Shown: in pieces, positions 24,761-27,329 of the stretch | Numbering within the stretch: position 1 is the stretch's first letter | Layout of the letters: each line of letters begins with the position of its first letter | IMG/VR virus record: IMGVR_UViG_3300025392_000365 | Span: 1 to 27,329 of that record | DNA: 27,329 nucleotides | Reading direction: 5' to 3' (one strand) | From: a virus | Taxonomy: Duplodnaviria > Caudoviricetes | The notes under the pieces: generated by a model | Told to the model about the DNA's origin: nothing | What the model saw: only the letters and a program-made list of their open reading frames with translations | The model's database searches: none | Translations under genes and position numbers: made by a program

Positions 24761-25240
24761 ATGACTAAAAGATTAGAAGAAGTTCTCAATTTACCAGAGA
24801 GCAAAAAGATTATTAATCAAGAAGAAAAGAAGCAGGCTAAAGCTAGTCAAGCCCAACCGCTTCTGCGCGATATCAGCGAGTACGATAAGATATCAGCGGC
24901 TCTACCACAAGTTACAGGCTTGGGAGATGTGGGCGATGCTGAACTGGACGAACTAGCACAAAAAGCCAAGGATGCCTACGAAGATATCATGGACCTGGGC
25001 ATGAATGTTGAAGCACGTTACAGTGGACGCTTGTTTGAAGTAGCCGCTAGTATGCTAGGACACGCTATACAAGCTAAAACTGCTAAACTAGATAAAAAGT
25101 TAAAAATGATCGATCTACAGCTTAAGAAGCAGAAGTTGGATCAAGATACTAACCCAGACGAGGGCGTAACTATACAAGGAGATGGTGTCATTATCACTGA
25201 TCGTAATAGTTTGCTGGAAAAATTAAAGAATTTGAAATAA
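24761..25240 (+). CDS. Hypothetical helical protein, possibly terminase small subunit-like
   Basis: Helix-helix/coiled-coil core (R.FEVA..ML) and a C-terminal beta strand plus short helix (VIITDRNSLLEKL), loosely like T4 gp16. Confidence 0.4.
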   Translation: MTKRLEEVLNLPESKKIINQEEKKQAKASQAQPLLRDISEYDKISAALPQVTGLGDVGDAELDELAQKAKDAYEDIMDLGMNVEARYSGRLFEVAASMLGHAIQAKTAKLDKKLKMIDLQLKKQKLDQDTNPDEGVTIQGDGVIITDRNSLLEKLKNLK

Positions 25241-25243
25241 ATA
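25237..25243 (+). promoter_or_regulatory. Late promoter ATAAATA
   Basis: Overlaps the upstream stop codon; AGGA SD follows. Confidence 0.6.
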
Positions 25244-25261
25244 TATGACTAGGATCATAAC

Positions 25262-25891
25262 ATGAAGACATTTAAAGAATACTTGACTGAAAGCAAAAAA
25301 GTTTATGAATTTAAACTTAAAATTGCTGGCGACCACGCTAAAGACGCTGTAGCACAAATCAAAGCTGCACTAGCAGAGTTTCACGTAGCTGGCGTAAGTG
25401 CTGGCCGTACAACACCAATTCAAGAGCGCCAATCAGAATTTCCTGAACATAGAAACACACAAATGACTGTGTATGATATTGTTACTGATTATCCAGCTAC
25501 TAGTTTACAAATTCGTGATCGCATTGCGTCAGGATTAGGAGTTACTCATAATCATATTAAAGTAAGAAGCCTAGCAGAAGAATTAGAAGATGAACTTAAC
25601 CATGAACATGATCAACGTACAGGTAAAGCTCTAGTAGGTACAGAACAAGATCCTAGCGACAACAGCCACTTGGTAGGCGAAAAGCACAAGTTCGATTTAC
25701 TAAAAGAATTAAACAAGAATAAAAAAGTATTATCACAAATCACCGGAATCAACGATCAAATTTTAGCCAGTAGCCAACCCGGGATGGCTAAGGAATATAA
25801 AAAGAGTGTGGCAATACAACCTGGCGCAAAAAGTGCTATAGGTACTACGCAAAATAAAATTCCAAATCCATATACAGGGAGCACAAAATGA
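25262..25891 (+). CDS. Probable internal head protein with capsid-targeting sequence
   Basis: N-terminus MKTFKEYLTE resembles the T4 internal-protein capsid-targeting sequence MKTYQEFIAE. Confidence 0.6.
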   Translation: MKTFKEYLTESKKVYEFKLKIAGDHAKDAVAQIKAALAEFHVAGVSAGRTTPIQERQSEFPEHRNTQMTVYDIVTDYPATSLQIRDRIASGLGVTHNHIKVRSLAEELEDELNHEHDQRTGKALVGTEQDPSDNSHLVGEKHKFDLLKELNKNKKVLSQITGINDQILASSQPGMAKEYKKSVAIQPGAKSAIGTTQNKIPNPYTGSTK

Positions 25892-27329
25892 ATTTACAAG
25901 AGTTAGCCTTAAAATTAAAACGCATAGACGAAGGCGGAACAATGCCTCCTTTGGCACCTACTAAAGATAATATCCCTGCTGATACAGAGTGCGGCCCGAT
26001 GCCAGGTATGATGGTACATGCCGAACAACCTAAGCAACAAGATAATGTTACTATGAATGTCAGCATGAATGGTAGCGGTGCTGGCGGTATTAGCGATCTA
26101 ATGAAAATTTTGCGCAATATTGAAGCTAGCAATAACAGAGATATACATCAGCATGATGTTGGTCAATTATTTGGTGAACCACATACTGTGGACCACGAAG
26201 AACCTATCATGGGCGATATTGTCAAACACATGGCTGATATGGAAGGACAAAGCGATGCAAGTCCGCTAACACATGAATATCAAGTAGGCGAAACTATTGA
26301 CGATGATGAAGAATCATGGGGTAATAGTTTAAACGGTGCTAGCGGTCATCATACACACGGTATCGATGCTGTTACATTCAGCGGCGATGACATGAACAGC
26401 AAAGGCAAATCAAGCCCTGTAATGCGTGTTCCAGGTAGCAACACATTACGTGAACCAACTAATGTTAGCGAATCACTAATAAATCGTTTATCGGAAATGT
26501 ATGCCGCTATCAAGGAAGATCCACTAAATCCTGAAACAGATGCTCAACGCCGTAAACGTGAATTTGATGAAAAAATTAGAAAGAACGATCAGAAATTTGT
26601 TAAGAATGTTAAACGTCGTTCTAATGTACCACAACACGAAAAAGATACAGCAGCCAGAATTGAAAAACGCTTAAAAGGTGAAAAAATTTCAGAATGGGGT
26701 GTTAATCTAACTCAGCCAAACAGCGATTTGTTTGGCAGTGCTCCGGCAAATTTTAACGACAAAGCTAATGTAAATGCGTTGACAGCCAAGTATGACGATT
26801 TGATAAAACATACTCAACAAGAAATTGATAAATTAAAAGCAAACCCAACTGGTCCCGGTAGCGATTCTCTTATAAACACACTTCAACAACAAATTAAAGG
26901 ACTAGAGGCTGAAAAATTACATAACATGACCGGCGCATCTAACGACGATGCTTCAAATGCCCTTAGAAAACAAGCTATTGCCAATAACGAACTTACTCCT
27001 GGACAATGGTTACAAAAAGCAACTCAGTACTTTAAAGGAAAGGTAACCGGCAAACCGCAACCTGGCGTTAGCTACGATCGTTATGATACGTCTCACCAGG
27101 CAGAAAAAGACTGGACTACCCCGACTCCTTTTAAACCAGGCACCGGATTAGAAGAATCTGCTAAATGGCGTGATCCTAAATACAAAGGTAAACTGTTTAC
27201 TCAAAAGAAAGGCGACAGTGATGATTACGACAGCATAGATTATGGATACGGTATAAAAGAAAGACCTAAAAAAGATCCTGGACAAAAACGCTCTACATTT
27301 GACAGAGATACTGTATGGACGGATCCATT
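25888..27329 (+). CDS. Large, charged, low-complexity protein, probable internal head/core protein (partial, runs off the window)
   Basis: ATGA overlap; the frame is open for 480 codons to the window end (MNLQELALKLKRIDEGG...); not in the ORF track; several (I/L/V)xE sites. Confidence 0.75.
   Translation, partial: MNLQELALKLKRIDEGGTMPPLAPTKDNIPADTECGPMPGMMVHAEQPKQQDNVTMNVSMNGSGAGGISDLMKILRNIEASNNRDIHQHDVGQLFGEPHTVDHEEPIMGDIVKHMADMEGQSDASPLTHEYQVGETIDDDEESWGNSLNGASGHHTHGIDAVTFSGDDMNSKGKSSPVMRVPGSNTLREPTNVSESLINRLSEMYAAIKEDPLNPETDAQRRKREFDEKIRKNDQKFVKNVKRRSNVPQHEKDTAARIEKRLKGEKISEWGVNLTQPNSDLFGSAPANFNDKANVNALTAKYDDLIKHTQQEIDKLKANPTGPGSDSLINTLQQQIKGLEAEKLHNMTGASNDDASNALRKQAIANNELTPGQWLQKATQYFKGKVTGKPQPGVSYDRYDTSHQAEKDWTTPTPFKPGTGLEESAKWRDPKYKGKLFTQKKGDSDDYDSIDYGYGIKERPKKDPGQKRSTFDRDTVWTDP

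Noticed and set aside
1-27329. Stop-codon reassignment, tRNA genes, CRISPR arrays
   Set aside because: Genes are full length in the standard code, with TAA, TAG and TGA all used as stops. Intergenic gaps are too short and show no cloverleaf or repeat-spacer pattern.

Overview
This is a structural/late region of a large AT-rich T4-like (probably jumbo) myophage, read in the standard genetic code. The right two-thirds is tail and neck morphogenesis: gp15-, gp14- and gp13-like genes, a repeat-rich fibre, a 1347-aa tail sheath, tail tube, tube-like baseplate protein, gp4-like nuclease and probable internal head proteins. It is interleaved with a NUDIX hydrolase, a dNMP kinase, an HNH protein and a GIY-YIG homing endonuclease. 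The left 10.5 kb is one co-oriented, tightly coupled accessory block: a 2OG-Fe(II) oxygenase, a fibre protein, three tandem paralogous kelch/beta-propeller-like proteins, a fibre-chaperone-like protein, a coiled-coil protein, a U32-like Fe-S enzyme fused to a SAM methyltransferase, and a DUF401-like permease. That block is the best candidate for an undescribed system. The second highlight is the GIY-YIG gene, which appears to have taken over the start codon of the essential gp15 gene. gp15 is left with no ATG, but has an ATT codon with a distant Shine-Dalgarno that a hairpin could bring into register. Family assignments come from motif recognition only; no searches were run.
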